A DNA stretch of 64,000 nucleotides, taken from Barthelona sp. PCE. Taxonomy: Eukaryota. Below the pieces are notes generated by a model that was not told where the DNA came from, did not search any database, and saw only the letters and a program-made list of their open reading frames with translations. Positions 1 through 10,680 of the stretch are shown piece by piece (the first letter of the stretch is position 1; each line of letters begins with the position of its first letter). The position numbers and the translations under genes were made by a program. The DNA is taken from NCBI GenBank assembly GCA_040285745.1, contig JAUFOR010000002.1:992001-1056000 (forward strand). The letters run 5' to 3'.

Positions 1-1
1 G

Positions 2-190
2 GAGGATGATTCCAAATCTTCTGGCAAGAACCCATGTCTTCAATGTCACGATGTGCCACGTGAAGCGATTATTGGAACTTTCATTAACGATCTGTTCAGT
101 TCAATCATCGCAAAAACAAAGCACATGAGTGATATCACAACACGCATTCACAGTGCTATGAACTCTCTTAAACTCCCTGTTCTTGAGTAA
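2..190 (+). CDS. 3' end of a gene of unknown function, truncated by the window edge
   Basis: Open frame from base 2 (EDDSKSSGKNPCLQC...KLPVLE) to TAA at 188-190, followed by an A/T-rich tail. Confidence 0.6.
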   Translation, partial: EDDSKSSGKNPCLQCHDVPREAIIGTFINDLFSSIIAKTKHMSDITTRIHSAMNSLKLPVLE

Positions 191-213
191 AAATTAGAAA
201 ACTATTTTATTTA

Positions 214-1218
214 TTAGTAAACACGGTTCTTCTTACGAGACTCCTTTCTTAACTTCTTATCGCGAAGTTTCTTCTGCTCAGCAGGTGTCAACTTGGCACG
301 AGCCTTACGCTCCTCCTTTAAACGCTGAAGCTTCCTTTCCTCTGTTGCTTCCTGACTGCGCTGGTTCTGACGGGTAGCGATAGCCTTCTTGATTGCATCG
401 CGGATACGCTTTGAACGCTTGGCATCCTCTGTCTCGAGCTTAGCAGCAAACAATGTGTCAATAATATTCATAACAATATCGTAATTGGCTTCAATGTCAA
501 AGTCTTCCTGACAAAAGTTAGAAAATTGAACATCGAGCTTGACAGTATCGTTATCAATGGCATAAAATACAAAGTAGTCAACGTTTTTCAATTGATCAAC
601 AGTCTTTTTCATTACCTGACCGAACTCAGGACAATCACACAACCAAACCATGGGCTGATATGAACCTCCAACAAGATTCTCCAACTGGGCGTGGTCCTCG
701 TAAAGGCTCTTCATGAAACGACGCTTGGAGAAAACAAATGCAACCTTTGCAGGTGCACGATGGAATGTGAATACCGAACGCATGGTGTCTTTACGAGTAG
801 AAATCATGTTGTACGCAGTGCTGACGAGGTCAGGTGAGGATCTGAACTTGATGGAAGTGGTAGCTGTATCAACGTGAGTGTTACCAGTTGCGTGGCAGTA
901 AAAACTATCACTTGTATCAAGGAATATCTTACGCTCATTGGCTTTTTTAACTTCAGTCTCGATTTCCTCATCGTCCTCCAACTTGTTCAATTCAGGTAAG
1001 GTGTTTTCAACGGAAAAAAACGTGAACTTCTTTCTGAAAATGCTGGAGAGAATGTGTGCCACTTTGAGTGACTTATCGATGTTTCTCTTACGATTCACAA
1101 AGTAATAAATGATATAGATAATTAGAATGGGTAGAAATATAATTTCCCAACTATCAATAGCCTCAACTATCCTTCCCAGTGTTGTGTCGGGGTCGAATGC
1201 AAACAGTTCTGTCAACAT
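214..1218 (-). CDS. CCDC47: CCDC47/DUF1682-like ER membrane protein (PAT complex subunit)
   Basis: N-terminal TM helix, 'FYCHATG...IKFRSSPDLV' block, and basic coiled-coil tail 'QEATEERK...LTPAEQKKLRDKK'. Confidence 0.7.
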   Translation of the reverse strand: MLTELFAFDPDTTLGRIVEAIDSWEIIFLPILIIYIIYYFVNRKRNIDKSLKVAHILSSIFRKKFTFFSVENTLPELNKLEDDEEIETEVKKANERKIFLDTSDSFYCHATGNTHVDTATTSIKFRSSPDLVSTAYNMISTRKDTMRSVFTFHRAPAKVAFVFSKRRFMKSLYEDHAQLENLVGGSYQPMVWLCDCPEFGQVMKKTVDQLKNVDYFVFYAIDNDTVKLDVQFSNFCQEDFDIEANYDIVMNIIDTLFAAKLETEDAKRSKRIRDAIKKAIATRQNQRSQEATEERKLQRLKEERKARAKLTPAEQKKLRDKKLRKESRKKNRVY

Positions 1219-1282
1219 TATTATGAATTGACTTTATGGAAAGACGGCAAAAACTTCTTTACAAGTGAACCTGCAGTTTTTT

Positions 1283-3004
1283 TTATTGATCAGTCTGTGA
1301 TAATTCCTCCTCCTTTGCTTCATTTATCTCCGTCTTTAGCCTCTCAACTGAATCAGAATGTGAGATATGCATGATGCACTTTTTTTCAACATCAATCATA
1401 ACATATAAAACACAGTTTGTTGTTGAGCGGAGCCCTTGAAGGTCCTCTGCGCTAAAATTGTCCATCTCTGTAAAGACCACTTGCTTCATGCCACTCTTCT
1501 TCCCGAACCTCTCATCTAAAAGATCGGAGACGCGCTGCATGCGCTCTGTCTCTGTCTCAATGATCTCGTATTGTGGTTGACCGCCGGAGTTGTGTTCAAA
1601 TCTGCTCACAAATCTCTTTGAACCAACCCAAAAGTTTTTCTTAAAAATGCGTTTCAAAAACTTAAGATCCTTGGTCGTTTTCTGTGACTTGAACACCTTG
1701 CGCAACACAAGAGCTACGGCTAGAGCGTCTTCAATGGGACAGTGACCGTTGTCAAGATCCACAAAAGGCACGTTCTCACCGATGCTCATAAACTCGCTCT
1801 CTTCAACAGTCTTCAACAACGCAGGGTACTTGGTGCAGCCCTGGACACTGCGCTTGACATACTTCTTGGACATGCCCTTCAGAGAATGGACGCTCCTCGT
1901 TACTGACCAAATAGTCCCGTTGATCATCTCGGTCACGTCCAATATGAATCCGTGACTCATGTTGAGAGACAGTAAGTCATTGAAAACAGAGTGTCCACAG
2001 ATGATACTAAGCGGGTGGACGTAGCGCTGCATGACAGACAGCATCTCTTCATGTGGAACACCAAACTTAGCTACATCATCAAGCGTTAGGCCTGTGTACT
2101 GTGTTCGAATCTCAACTATGTCATCCAACGAAACAATGACATCCCACAGCAACTGACACGGTTCGTTGGGGAACTTTCCCTGCATGAGGTCCATGAGTGC
2201 GTTCTCCAGCTCACCGTTGTCTTCCGGATGTCTGTCGGACGATCCACGGGGGTACATCTCACACTGTTTCTTAAAGAGAAGACTCAGAGTCGGAAAAACA
2301 TCAACCGCAGCAATACGTACGCATCTGTCTGCTCCGCTTGTACCAACCATCTCGCAGTCGATGGACACAAACAGGCGAGGGTCCTGGACATTCCAATTGG
2401 TGAATTCCAATACATTTTCTGTAGGGGCAGTGACTGCAACTGTTGGCGGACCGTAACTCGGTAATGGTATCTTTGAAGCTGTATAGTAATCTGTGGGGTA
2501 TAAAAAGGGGATAATAGGCTCAAGGAAGTGCATCTCATATGAATTAGAGTCACTGCTCAACTCAATCCTTCCACGACTTCGATCATATGAACCTAAAGCG
2601 TGTAATGGCGGGTCTCTGAGTGTGTATTGGTGGGGGAAAACGTCCTCATTGAAACCAGAAAGTGGAGTTTTGGACACAATAACTGCCATTGATCGAATAA
2701 GTTGTGAAAAGCTAATTTTAAGATAATTAGGCATGGGTATGGATTGCGTAAGGCCTAAAATTGTGTTTCTGAATCCCGCTCCTGAAAAAGAGAATCCTGC
2801 GAGAGGCTGCAAAATTTCTGGTGGCTCTATCCTCGCTCGCATAATCTCGTTGGCCTTACGGCACTTCTCCTGCTCCTCTTCCTTGCTTTCACCAATGACA
2901 GTACACTGCGCTTTTGGTGGAGTTGGATCCCTGTTATTCATCTCCTTTGTTTGTTCAGCTGACCGTTTCCTGGCATCCTTGTGTAAACTTTCCTCAATTT
3001 CCAT
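1283..3004 (-). CDS. DEDDh RNA exonuclease, REXO1/Rex1-like
   Basis: ExoI 'SIDCEMV', ExoII 'ICGHSVFNDL', ExoIII 'GHCPIEDA'. Confidence 0.8.
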   Translation of the reverse strand: MEIEESLHKDARKRSAEQTKEMNNRDPTPPKAQCTVIGESKEEEQEKCRKANEIMRARIEPPEILQPLAGFSFSGAGFRNTILGLTQSIPMPNYLKISFSQLIRSMAVIVSKTPLSGFNEDVFPHQYTLRDPPLHALGSYDRSRGRIELSSDSNSYEMHFLEPIIPFLYPTDYYTASKIPLPSYGPPTVAVTAPTENVLEFTNWNVQDPRLFVSIDCEMVGTSGADRCVRIAAVDVFPTLSLLFKKQCEMYPRGSSDRHPEDNGELENALMDLMQGKFPNEPCQLLWDVIVSLDDIVEIRTQYTGLTLDDVAKFGVPHEEMLSVMQRYVHPLSIICGHSVFNDLLSLNMSHGFILDVTEMINGTIWSVTRSVHSLKGMSKKYVKRSVQGCTKYPALLKTVEESEFMSIGENVPFVDLDNGHCPIEDALAVALVLRKVFKSQKTTKDLKFLKRIFKKNFWVGSKRFVSRFEHNSGGQPQYEIIETETERMQRVSDLLDERFGKKSGMKQVVFTEMDNFSAEDLQGLRSTTNCVLYVMIDVEKKCIMHISHSDSVERLKTEINEAKEEELSQTDQ

Positions 3005-3043
3005 TCATCTAACCGTGAAAAGGAACAAAATTCATTTTACAAT

Positions 3044-4444
3044 CTACATAGGATGTGGTTTCACTACAAAAAGTGGATTTTCATTTGAGAGTACACGATC
3101 GTTGACAGACAATCCATCCACAAAGTTCTGCAATACATACTTCAATTGTTGATTCTCATCAAGCATCTTATTATACTCATTTTCCAACAATAATCTATCG
3201 AGTGTGACCTTAGAAATCTTCTTCGAGAAGAAATGAAGATTATCTAGCTCAGGAACCTCATTTTTGAAATCTGACAGACGTTGCTCCACCTCTCTTTTCA
3301 TATCTTCATCGCTATCAACCAGTGATCTGTAAAAGGGGGTCACCTTCTCAGCTTCAGTCTCGTATTTGCTATTCAGATGACATAGCTTGAGCAGGGATTC
3401 TCCCAAAACCAAGGCGTCGTCGATCCTCATATTGGCACGCTCTGCACTTGTTATCATATTAACAACCCTCCTATTTTGCATCGTAGTGTAGTTGGCCAAC
3501 TCACTGTCTAAATTATTGAGATGCTTCTTGATAACCCGTTGCTCTTCCCCGATTGCCCTAGATTTCTCAGTGAAATCGTTTTGACTGTTCTGCAACTTTG
3601 TCTTCTGCTGATTGATCTGCCTCTGTAATTTCTCAATTTTCTCCTTCTGAAGTGTGATATCTCTCTTGTTAATCATGTCTTTTCTTCTCAGACGCTCAAA
3701 ATCAATTCTGTTATCATCATTACGCTGGTAGTAATTCTTAAAATTCCGGTCTGCATGGGTAAACATATCCTCCAGTGCTTGGTCAAGCATGAGCTTAAGA
3801 AGATTAAAGTTCTCAAGATGCTTATCTCTCAAACCCTGGTATTTGACTTCGAAATCTTCCCTAGCCTTCTCGCCCTCGATATTAAAGCGCAACTCCATGC
3901 TTTTCAATAGATCCTCGAACTCCTTTCTAATTGTATTGAAACGCTCCTCCGCGTCTTTCATCTCCGAAAAATTCTGTTTCTTGAGACCCAAAACCTGTGC
4001 GTGGAACTCGTTACTGAGCTGCTGCACCGTCTGTTTGTGTAAGTCGATGAGTGAATCAATGTTCTGAAGGTGATTTGTTTGAGCTAATGAAGAAATCTCT
4101 TCTGAGCTCGCCAATTCCTGAGTTAATAGCTTTAAAACGTTATCTTTTCGATCCACCTGACGCTCGTGGTTGGCTGCAAGGATACCAATTTCGTTCTTAA
4201 CTTCCTCAACACGACGTGTTTGCATGATTTCACGCCATTGCTGCATAATTGTTGAATCATTGATCTTAGTAAGGTTCTTCTCGCGCTTGTACTTGATCTG
4301 GAGTTGCTCGCGGATGAGCTCACGCTGCTGCAGCTCCTCTTCAATCTTCTTTTGACTCTTATCCTTCTTGCCTTTCTTTTTTCCTTTTTTGGACTTCTTC
4401 TTGAGGTCGGGGTCCCCCTTGCCAACCTTACCCATAGCTGGCAT
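3044..4444 (-). CDS. CCDC65: Dynein regulatory complex subunit 2 (CCDC65/DRC2)
   Basis: 'QQWREIM', 'HERQVDRKD', 'KYETEAEKVTPFY', C-terminal 'DGLSVNDRVLSNENPLFVV'; coiled coil throughout. Confidence 0.85.
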   Translation of the reverse strand: MPAMGKVGKGDPDLKKKSKKGKKKGKKDKSQKKIEEELQQRELIREQLQIKYKREKNLTKINDSTIMQQWREIMQTRRVEEVKNEIGILAANHERQVDRKDNVLKLLTQELASSEEISSLAQTNHLQNIDSLIDLHKQTVQQLSNEFHAQVLGLKKQNFSEMKDAEERFNTIRKEFEDLLKSMELRFNIEGEKAREDFEVKYQGLRDKHLENFNLLKLMLDQALEDMFTHADRNFKNYYQRNDDNRIDFERLRRKDMINKRDITLQKEKIEKLQRQINQQKTKLQNSQNDFTEKSRAIGEEQRVIKKHLNNLDSELANYTTMQNRRVVNMITSAERANMRIDDALVLGESLLKLCHLNSKYETEAEKVTPFYRSLVDSDEDMKREVEQRLSDFKNEVPELDNLHFFSKKISKVTLDRLLLENEYNKMLDENQQLKYVLQNFVDGLSVNDRVLSNENPLFVVKPHPM

Positions 4445-4620
4445 CTTGAATGTGAGCTTGTATTAGTAGTAAAGGGTTAAATAAGCGAAAACAATAAGCT
4501 ATAGTGTTTCTGCTCGTGTGAACTTGTTACTACATGCCATTTAAGTCTCAAAACCCAATGTAAAAGGCAAAATAGAAAACTCACCGTTTTATCTTATCCA
4601 ACTCTCTCCATTCGCATGAT

Positions 4621-7600
4621 ATGAGTGAAATTTTCTTAGAACCAATCCCGGATAACATCAAGAACTCACGGTGGCTGAATCAGAAAGACTCTGTGGGGCC
4701 TGAACTCAAAGATACTAACCTTAGTGTCTCTGAAAAGCTTTTAAGACAAAGACGATTAGAAGGAAGCAACAGTTCATCCAGAGCTACGGGGGGAAAGATC
4801 GATTTATTAAGCGCCAGAGTAGAAACATCAAAGAAACTAATTGAGATTAACGATCGTGTTAGTGAAGCGGTGGGAGAGTTCGAAAAGGTGTTCTCCAACA
4901 CGCTTATTGACGACGATGAACCACGTGGCCTTGCAAATCTGCTCGATGATTACGAACGTCTTTCACTGGATAGAGAGGGGTTAATTGGAAGCTTGAGTAC
5001 GTTTTTCAAGCACCAAAAGCGGAACATCACCAACTATAAGGATGATCCCATCATTGGTGAAAACGTCGAATCGGAGGACATGCTTAGCGCAAAGACTCGG
5101 GTAGATACAATCTTCAATGAAACCTCAGCGCAGACAAAGAGCATCATCTCTGAGCTCAGGAACACCCAGGATCAGATGGTGGGCTTTTTTAAGAGCATCA
5201 TCATGGAACTGAATGACGCAGGTGATAAACGCAAGCTTGAAAGTACAGAACAGAAGTTGCATGCAGCAGAGAGGAGGCTAAACAACCTGAGCGAGCAGCT
5301 TTCGAGCAGCATCAAGAAGATGCAGCAGAACCAAGCGAGAAATGCCCAGCTCAAGAAGGAGGTCACGCAATCAGAAGCACAGAAAGAGAAGCTTGTAGAA
5401 GAGCACGAGGAGTACGTTGCCATCATGAAAGAGGCCCAGGAAAAGAACCTGCAGCGAATCCACGCACTAGAGCTGGAACTGAGCAACGTAAAGCAAGTCG
5501 TTGATGATAAAGAGGACGCAATTAATATTTTGCAACGCGATTTGGCGCAGCTCAAGTCTAACTCATCAGAGGAGTCGGATCTTCTTAAGCAATTTATGAA
5601 AAACGCCCGACGAACCGCAAAATTATCCTTCAGTCTTCTTAAGAACGTTTGTGACTACACTGAGTTCAGTAAGGTTATTAAAACACTTGAAAAAGAGGTT
5701 GATGACTCGTTTTCGCAGACTGTGACCAAGGAATTGATGCCGGAACATATAGGACTGGACGGCACCCTTCGTATCAGCTCGCCACCACCACGTGTAGAGA
5801 CCCCGCCTCCGACCCCGCCTCCGTCGAAGGAGGAAGTGGAGCTGAAGCAGACAGTTGAACTGCAGGCCACAATGTGGCCTGGTGCAATGATTTTCATTCG
5901 ACACATTGATCGTTTTGACACTGAAGAGTTGGGTGATATCAGCGCGAACCTTGTTGAACTCAAAAAGCAGAAGGAACTGGAGATTGCTAATCGGACGCCC
6001 ACTCCTCCACCAAAGCCAAAACGCCAAGCGACACCACCTTCACCGCTTCATGAGCCAGAATCCACAAGCGCAGTGGCTGAACGTGAGCCAAGAATAGACG
6101 TACACACTAAGCCAAAGACAGATCATAAAACGGGAATCTTTGATCCTTCCAAACCAAAAACGGTCACCGATGATGGTATGGAGAAGGTTGCGGCAACAGA
6201 AGTATTGGCTGAGCTGCAAAATGAGGTTAAGCATATAAATGAGCAGGTTGATGATCGCATCGCAGTTGTTGAAGCGACTGAAGCAGGGCATGACGCTCTT
6301 TCCAAAAAGGAAATTGCTAAATTCAATGCAATGATCAGTGATTTAAAGAACAAGCTGCAGAAGAAGGGCAAGCTTCCGTCTACCGTTGAAATCGATGAGG
6401 AGGTTGCCATGATGAACGATATTGACTCTCTTGAGATCTTGGTGGATAACTTCCGTGATAACCTTGAGGATGTGATTGCCATCATCAATGAAGAAATTGA
6501 CAACCCAACCGTAACGTACGTACAACCCGAGCCCAGAGATCAGCCTGGAACTCGTGTGTTGCTTCCAGAGCTGCCCGGCACGCCAAGCAATGTGAGCAGC
6601 CCTGTTAATGAACAGGTTGAACCACCCAAGCTGACCACGGCTGAGATCATTGCGAACGAGGTGGGTAACGTGGAGCTAAAGACTCATGCTGACATTGAAC
6701 AAGAGGAGCTTAAAGAGTTAGAGGAGAGAAAGAAGCAGTTTGATTATGCAAGGGAACGCCGACATTCAAACAAGCCGGAGACTGCTGCTCACGACTATGC
6801 TTACACGGATATCAAACCTGTTGAGGTTACGAAGCCTGCTGAGCAGCCGAGGACGACAATAGCTCCAACAATGCGTTCAAATCTTGATATCATGGAACAG
6901 CCTGAGCCGGTCGCGAAACCAGCAACAGCAGCACCCACTCAGTCAACCAATACATCAAGGAAACCGGATGTGACACCTTCAAAACCTTTTAATGATAGGA
7001 CTCCTGTTAGGAGAACAAGTGAGCATGAAGGACGATATTCTGAACGATACCATCCAGAGGAGAGGTCTGTTGTTGAACGACAGTATCCTGAGAAGCCAAG
7101 TACCCCAAAGAGGGATTCCCGCTTCTTCGATGATGAAGAAAAACACATTGAGACAACACTACCAGATCGTAAACTGCACACTTCAACTGGAGTATCACAA
7201 CCGTTCCCTAAACCCAAACCAATTGCAAGAAAGACCCCCCGCTCTCTCACCCAACATGCTTCAGAGTCGATTCCAGATCTACACGCAGCTGAGCAACGCT
7301 ATCAACAGCAAGCTAGTGTTTTTGAGCGCCGTGCCAACATACATCGTGCGGAGCTTGTTGCGTTGAAGCGAATTAAGGCAAGCACCGAACCTACAGTGTT
7401 CACTGGAAGTGATGCGATCGGTCGCGCAATTAATAGGATGGAGAGTCATCACGAGAGAGCAATTAACAAATGGGAACGGAAGAAATTCAACATTCTGAAG
7501 GAGCGTCTTTCTTACTATGATGAAGTTCTCAAGGGTATGATTGGAGAACAAGGCGATCTAAAGATCAGAGTACGGAATTTGTTACCTGGTTCGTCAATTA

Positions 7601-8118
7601 CTTCATCGAGAACACAAACATTGAAGAGGACTCCGCGGACAAGAGTCAAGCGAAGATTTGTACCATCATTTAATCACCACCCGTCTTCAGAGAAGAAGAA
7701 TCCCACGTATCACAGAATGACTGAAAAGAAGGCTGTACTTGATATACAATTAAAGAAGCCTCAAACAGCAAGGCCTAGTTTTAGGACAAAGCGGCAGCGT
7801 GCTAAGGATTTGTTAGAAAAGACACATTGGAAGTTACCGAAACAGAACAAGTATGTCAGTGGCGAAATGGATATCGGTGCTTTATATCAGACTACCCCAC
7901 GTTCCATTCGTTCTCCACGGTTTAAAAGAACGAGGAAATCAACTTCGCATGGTGATCTTTCAATGTCTTCATCTCCTTACACCAAGAACGCACCTATAAA
8001 ACTCCCAACGGTTGATATGTCTATTAGTGGAGTTGGAAGGTCTGATAAGAAGACAGAGAGGACTATTCACCACAGCAAGTTGGATAACGATACCCTCACA
8101 GGTTTTGCTCCCTTGTGA
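4621..8118 (+). CDS. Large coiled-coil, Pro-rich protein with a basic tail; function unknown
   Basis: 1165-aa ORF with N-terminal coiled coils, PTPPP tracts and a K/R-rich C-terminus. Confidence 0.75.
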   Translation: MSEIFLEPIPDNIKNSRWLNQKDSVGPELKDTNLSVSEKLLRQRRLEGSNSSSRATGGKIDLLSARVETSKKLIEINDRVSEAVGEFEKVFSNTLIDDDEPRGLANLLDDYERLSLDREGLIGSLSTFFKHQKRNITNYKDDPIIGENVESEDMLSAKTRVDTIFNETSAQTKSIISELRNTQDQMVGFFKSIIMELNDAGDKRKLESTEQKLHAAERRLNNLSEQLSSSIKKMQQNQARNAQLKKEVTQSEAQKEKLVEEHEEYVAIMKEAQEKNLQRIHALELELSNVKQVVDDKEDAINILQRDLAQLKSNSSEESDLLKQFMKNARRTAKLSFSLLKNVCDYTEFSKVIKTLEKEVDDSFSQTVTKELMPEHIGLDGTLRISSPPPRVETPPPTPPPSKEEVELKQTVELQATMWPGAMIFIRHIDRFDTEELGDISANLVELKKQKELEIANRTPTPPPKPKRQATPPSPLHEPESTSAVAEREPRIDVHTKPKTDHKTGIFDPSKPKTVTDDGMEKVAATEVLAELQNEVKHINEQVDDRIAVVEATEAGHDALSKKEIAKFNAMISDLKNKLQKKGKLPSTVEIDEEVAMMNDIDSLEILVDNFRDNLEDVIAIINEEIDNPTVTYVQPEPRDQPGTRVLLPELPGTPSNVSSPVNEQVEPPKLTTAEIIANEVGNVELKTHADIEQEELKELEERKKQFDYARERRHSNKPETAAHDYAYTDIKPVEVTKPAEQPRTTIAPTMRSNLDIMEQPEPVAKPATAAPTQSTNTSRKPDVTPSKPFNDRTPVRRTSEHEGRYSERYHPEERSVVERQYPEKPSTPKRDSRFFDDEEKHIETTLPDRKLHTSTGVSQPFPKPKPIARKTPRSLTQHASESIPDLHAAEQRYQQQASVFERRANIHRAELVALKRIKASTEPTVFTGSDAIGRAINRMESHHERAINKWERKKFNILKERLSYYDEVLKGMIGEQGDLKIRVRNLLPGSSITSSRTQTLKRTPRTRVKRRFVPSFNHHPSSEKKNPTYHRMTEKKAVLDIQLKKPQTARPSFRTKRQRAKDLLEKTHWKLPKQNKYVSGEMDIGALYQTTPRSIRSPRFKRTRKSTSHGDLSMSSSPYTKNAPIKLPTVDMSISGVGRSDKKTERTIHHSKLDNDTLTGFAPL

Positions 8119-8169
8119 GGTGAGAATAAACAAATGCAATATCTTTTTTTAACCTTTACATTATTTAGG

Positions 8170-8904
8170 ATGCATGAATACGAGAAATCATTCTGCTACG
8201 TATATCGCAATAACCCTAAATATCTTAAAACAGTCATCATTTCAACAATTGTTGTGTTTCTGCTTTGTGGATTCTTATTTGTGAGTGACAGGATGGGGTA
8301 CGACCTTAAAGATCTTCACTATACGGAGATCACAGCGCAGAAGGAGAAGCCCATACTCTTACCAATTTTGGGAATTTTGTGCATTATTTGCTTGGTTATT
8401 GCCTTCATTTTCGGTATAATTCTGCTGGTCAGTGAGGGTTGGCTGATGAATCACCCTCAGATAAACAAAAGAATTACTGTTTTTTGTTTCATTTTACTTC
8501 TCGCTTCAATTCCCTTTATTTCCGTTTCATTCACAGAGCCCTCGCATATAGTTCACCTTGATCAGGTTGGAATTCTGGATATAGAGGTACATAAAGGAGA
8601 TTTTTACACTAACTGTACCCTGACCCATGCATCTCTTTCAGCTATAAACGAAAAGAACTTCACAATGGTGTTTGTGGACACAGATTACCACAACCGCTTT
8701 AACCATGAACTTCAGTACTTGACTGGAAGCGCTGTCTGCATCAAATTATTTTCCATGCCCAACATCACACAGTCTATAACAGTTCCATGCCGGTCAACGA
8801 AGATCAAGCGTGTGGCTGTCTACAGCGACCCTGTGTACTTTGATCACACAGTTGATTCAGTAGGAACTTTCCTCATCGACTCGTATTTCCAAGTTAGCGT
8901 GTAG
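8170..8904 (+). CDS. Hypothetical membrane protein (3 TM plus C-terminal extracellular domain)
   Basis: Three hydrophobic segments; start at 8170 preferred, although 8134 is also an ATG. Confidence 0.65.
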   Translation: MHEYEKSFCYVYRNNPKYLKTVIISTIVVFLLCGFLFVSDRMGYDLKDLHYTEITAQKEKPILLPILGILCIICLVIAFIFGIILLVSEGWLMNHPQINKRITVFCFILLLASIPFISVSFTEPSHIVHLDQVGILDIEVHKGDFYTNCTLTHASLSAINEKNFTMVFVDTDYHNRFNHELQYLTGSAVCIKLFSMPNITQSITVPCRSTKIKRVAVYSDPVYFDHTVDSVGTFLIDSYFQVSV

Positions 8905-8906
8905 GT

Positions 8907-10649
8907 TTATTCGCAAAGTTGAGGCACGGCTCTGTGCAGCACAGTATCCGCCAGGCGGTACAGCGATAGTGGGGCGTGCTTCGTAATATATGTGTTTTGA
9001 CCAAACTGAAGCGACATATTCCTGGATACAACTTCTATGAAGAAGTACAACACATTTTTAACACGCTTTTCTTCGCTTAAGCTATTGATAGATAACCCTA
9101 AAACAGTATCTTCACCAATGGGGCGTCTGTATTCGAAGATCTCGTTTCCTACCACGCTTAGTTGTTCATAAACACCAGTAAAATGTGATATACATCTCCT
9201 CAAATCACTATGATCTAACGCTGTCAATGGATACTGCACAACGTGGAGCAACTTCTTGATAACCCTGATCGTTGAGGGATTACACAGCATCGACTCCTTG
9301 CTGAGTAAGTAATCACATGCATTGTGCATTGTGTTCACGCTCCAATCTGGCAGTGCTAACAAGAAAGTCCACTCACATAGCTGGATGTTTCCTGAAAGCC
9401 TTGCATACAAGAACGCGTCTGTGAAGGAACACGCCTCGGTGAAGTGTAGAGCGATGGATCCAAATAGCAAATAGTCTGGAATACAAACATCCGCAAAAAT
9501 TTTTGAGTAAGGGTCTGCAAGCAGCTCGAGAGCTCTCTGTTTATGTAAAGACATTGCATCATCTCCATTAATGATAGAAGACATGCTGATGCCCTTCAAC
9601 ACCAAGGACAAAAGGTTGTAATGATCGTCGCCCAGTAATGCAGCATAAAGTGCACACTTAATCTGTTCCTGTTGCAAAAAGTATGGTACCACTTTGGCCA
9701 TCTCCCTCTGAAAATCTGCAGTATTGATAGACACGATCATACGCTGAAGATCTGAAAAAACGCCAACATCAGTGGCTGAACCGACGCTACGATAAAGAAC
9801 GTACATACATAGCTCATTCATATGGTTATTCTCCAGTTCAGCATGTGCGTTAACAAAATCCTTGATTGGAGCATGCGTCGGCAAGTAGAAGGTTAATGCA
9901 GACAGAGTTAGAAGCCAATGCAGTGTAGATTTAGACTCATCCTGAAAAACGCTGGGATCACCGCAAAGCATGCTTAGGACATCGACCATGACCAACTCTT
10001 CGCCCACCGGTGGTTTTCTCTTTTCTACATAACTGTTTAGTGTATCACGAAGGAAAACATTACGGCATGTTGTCAACAGAGACGCAAGTCGGCCTTTCTT
10101 CAGCTTGAGGGCAATGGAAGACGCCGTGAGGAGATCGTTGGATAACATACTAAACACGAGCTTTGCCTCAATAACCGAGGTGTAACGCTTTATCAATACA
10201 TCCATAATCTCTTGCTTGTGTCGGTTTAAGCAGTCAAATATCCACTCCAAAAACCTCTCGCTACGATTGTCCGACTGTAATACGTGCATAAGGGTCAAGA
10301 CATCAACAAATGAAGATGCGCTAAGACCTTTTACGCTCTGAATGAAGTGATCGAATTTTTCACTACAAAAAAGCAGCCTTGACTCCTTAAATTCGCTGTT
10401 TTCGAACAAGAAATCCATCAAAAACTCTTCATCTCTGCGTTGCATGAGCTTAGCATCTTCAACTGTAGTTTGAATATTTGCAGTCTTTGCACCAGGGCCG
10501 AAAACATCGTTCACGGTCTGTGGATTTAATGAAAATCCCGCAAGTGTCGTTGAACTAATGCCAAATTTTCCTTTCTTCCGTTTAAGACCTTTTGACTTAG
10601 TAAGGGGATCATTGTGCTTACGGCTCGAGAAATTAAGCTTAGTTTGCAT
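8907..10649 (-). CDS. Nup96/Nup145C-like nucleoporin, stand-alone
   Basis: 'VFSMLSNDLLTASSIALKLKKGRLASLLT' and 'LHWLLTLSALTFY' resemble Nup96 core motifs; all-helical. Confidence 0.55.
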   Translation of the reverse strand: MQTKLNFSSRKHNDPLTKSKGLKRKKGKFGISSTTLAGFSLNPQTVNDVFGPGAKTANIQTTVEDAKLMQRRDEEFLMDFLFENSEFKESRLLFCSEKFDHFIQSVKGLSASSFVDVLTLMHVLQSDNRSERFLEWIFDCLNRHKQEIMDVLIKRYTSVIEAKLVFSMLSNDLLTASSIALKLKKGRLASLLTTCRNVFLRDTLNSYVEKRKPPVGEELVMVDVLSMLCGDPSVFQDESKSTLHWLLTLSALTFYLPTHAPIKDFVNAHAELENNHMNELCMYVLYRSVGSATDVGVFSDLQRMIVSINTADFQREMAKVVPYFLQQEQIKCALYAALLGDDHYNLLSLVLKGISMSSIINGDDAMSLHKQRALELLADPYSKIFADVCIPDYLLFGSIALHFTEACSFTDAFLYARLSGNIQLCEWTFLLALPDWSVNTMHNACDYLLSKESMLCNPSTIRVIKKLLHVVQYPLTALDHSDLRRCISHFTGVYEQLSVVGNEIFEYRRPIGEDTVLGLSINSLSEEKRVKNVLYFFIEVVSRNMSLQFGQNTYITKHAPLSLYRLADTVLHRAVPQLCE

Positions 10650-10680
10650 TGTGAAAAGGGTAAAAAAGTCAATGACACTG

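Noticed and set aside
4621-8118. FAM186-like identity for the 1165-aa protein
   Set aside because: Resemblance is limited to one short helical segment, too weak to name without a profile search
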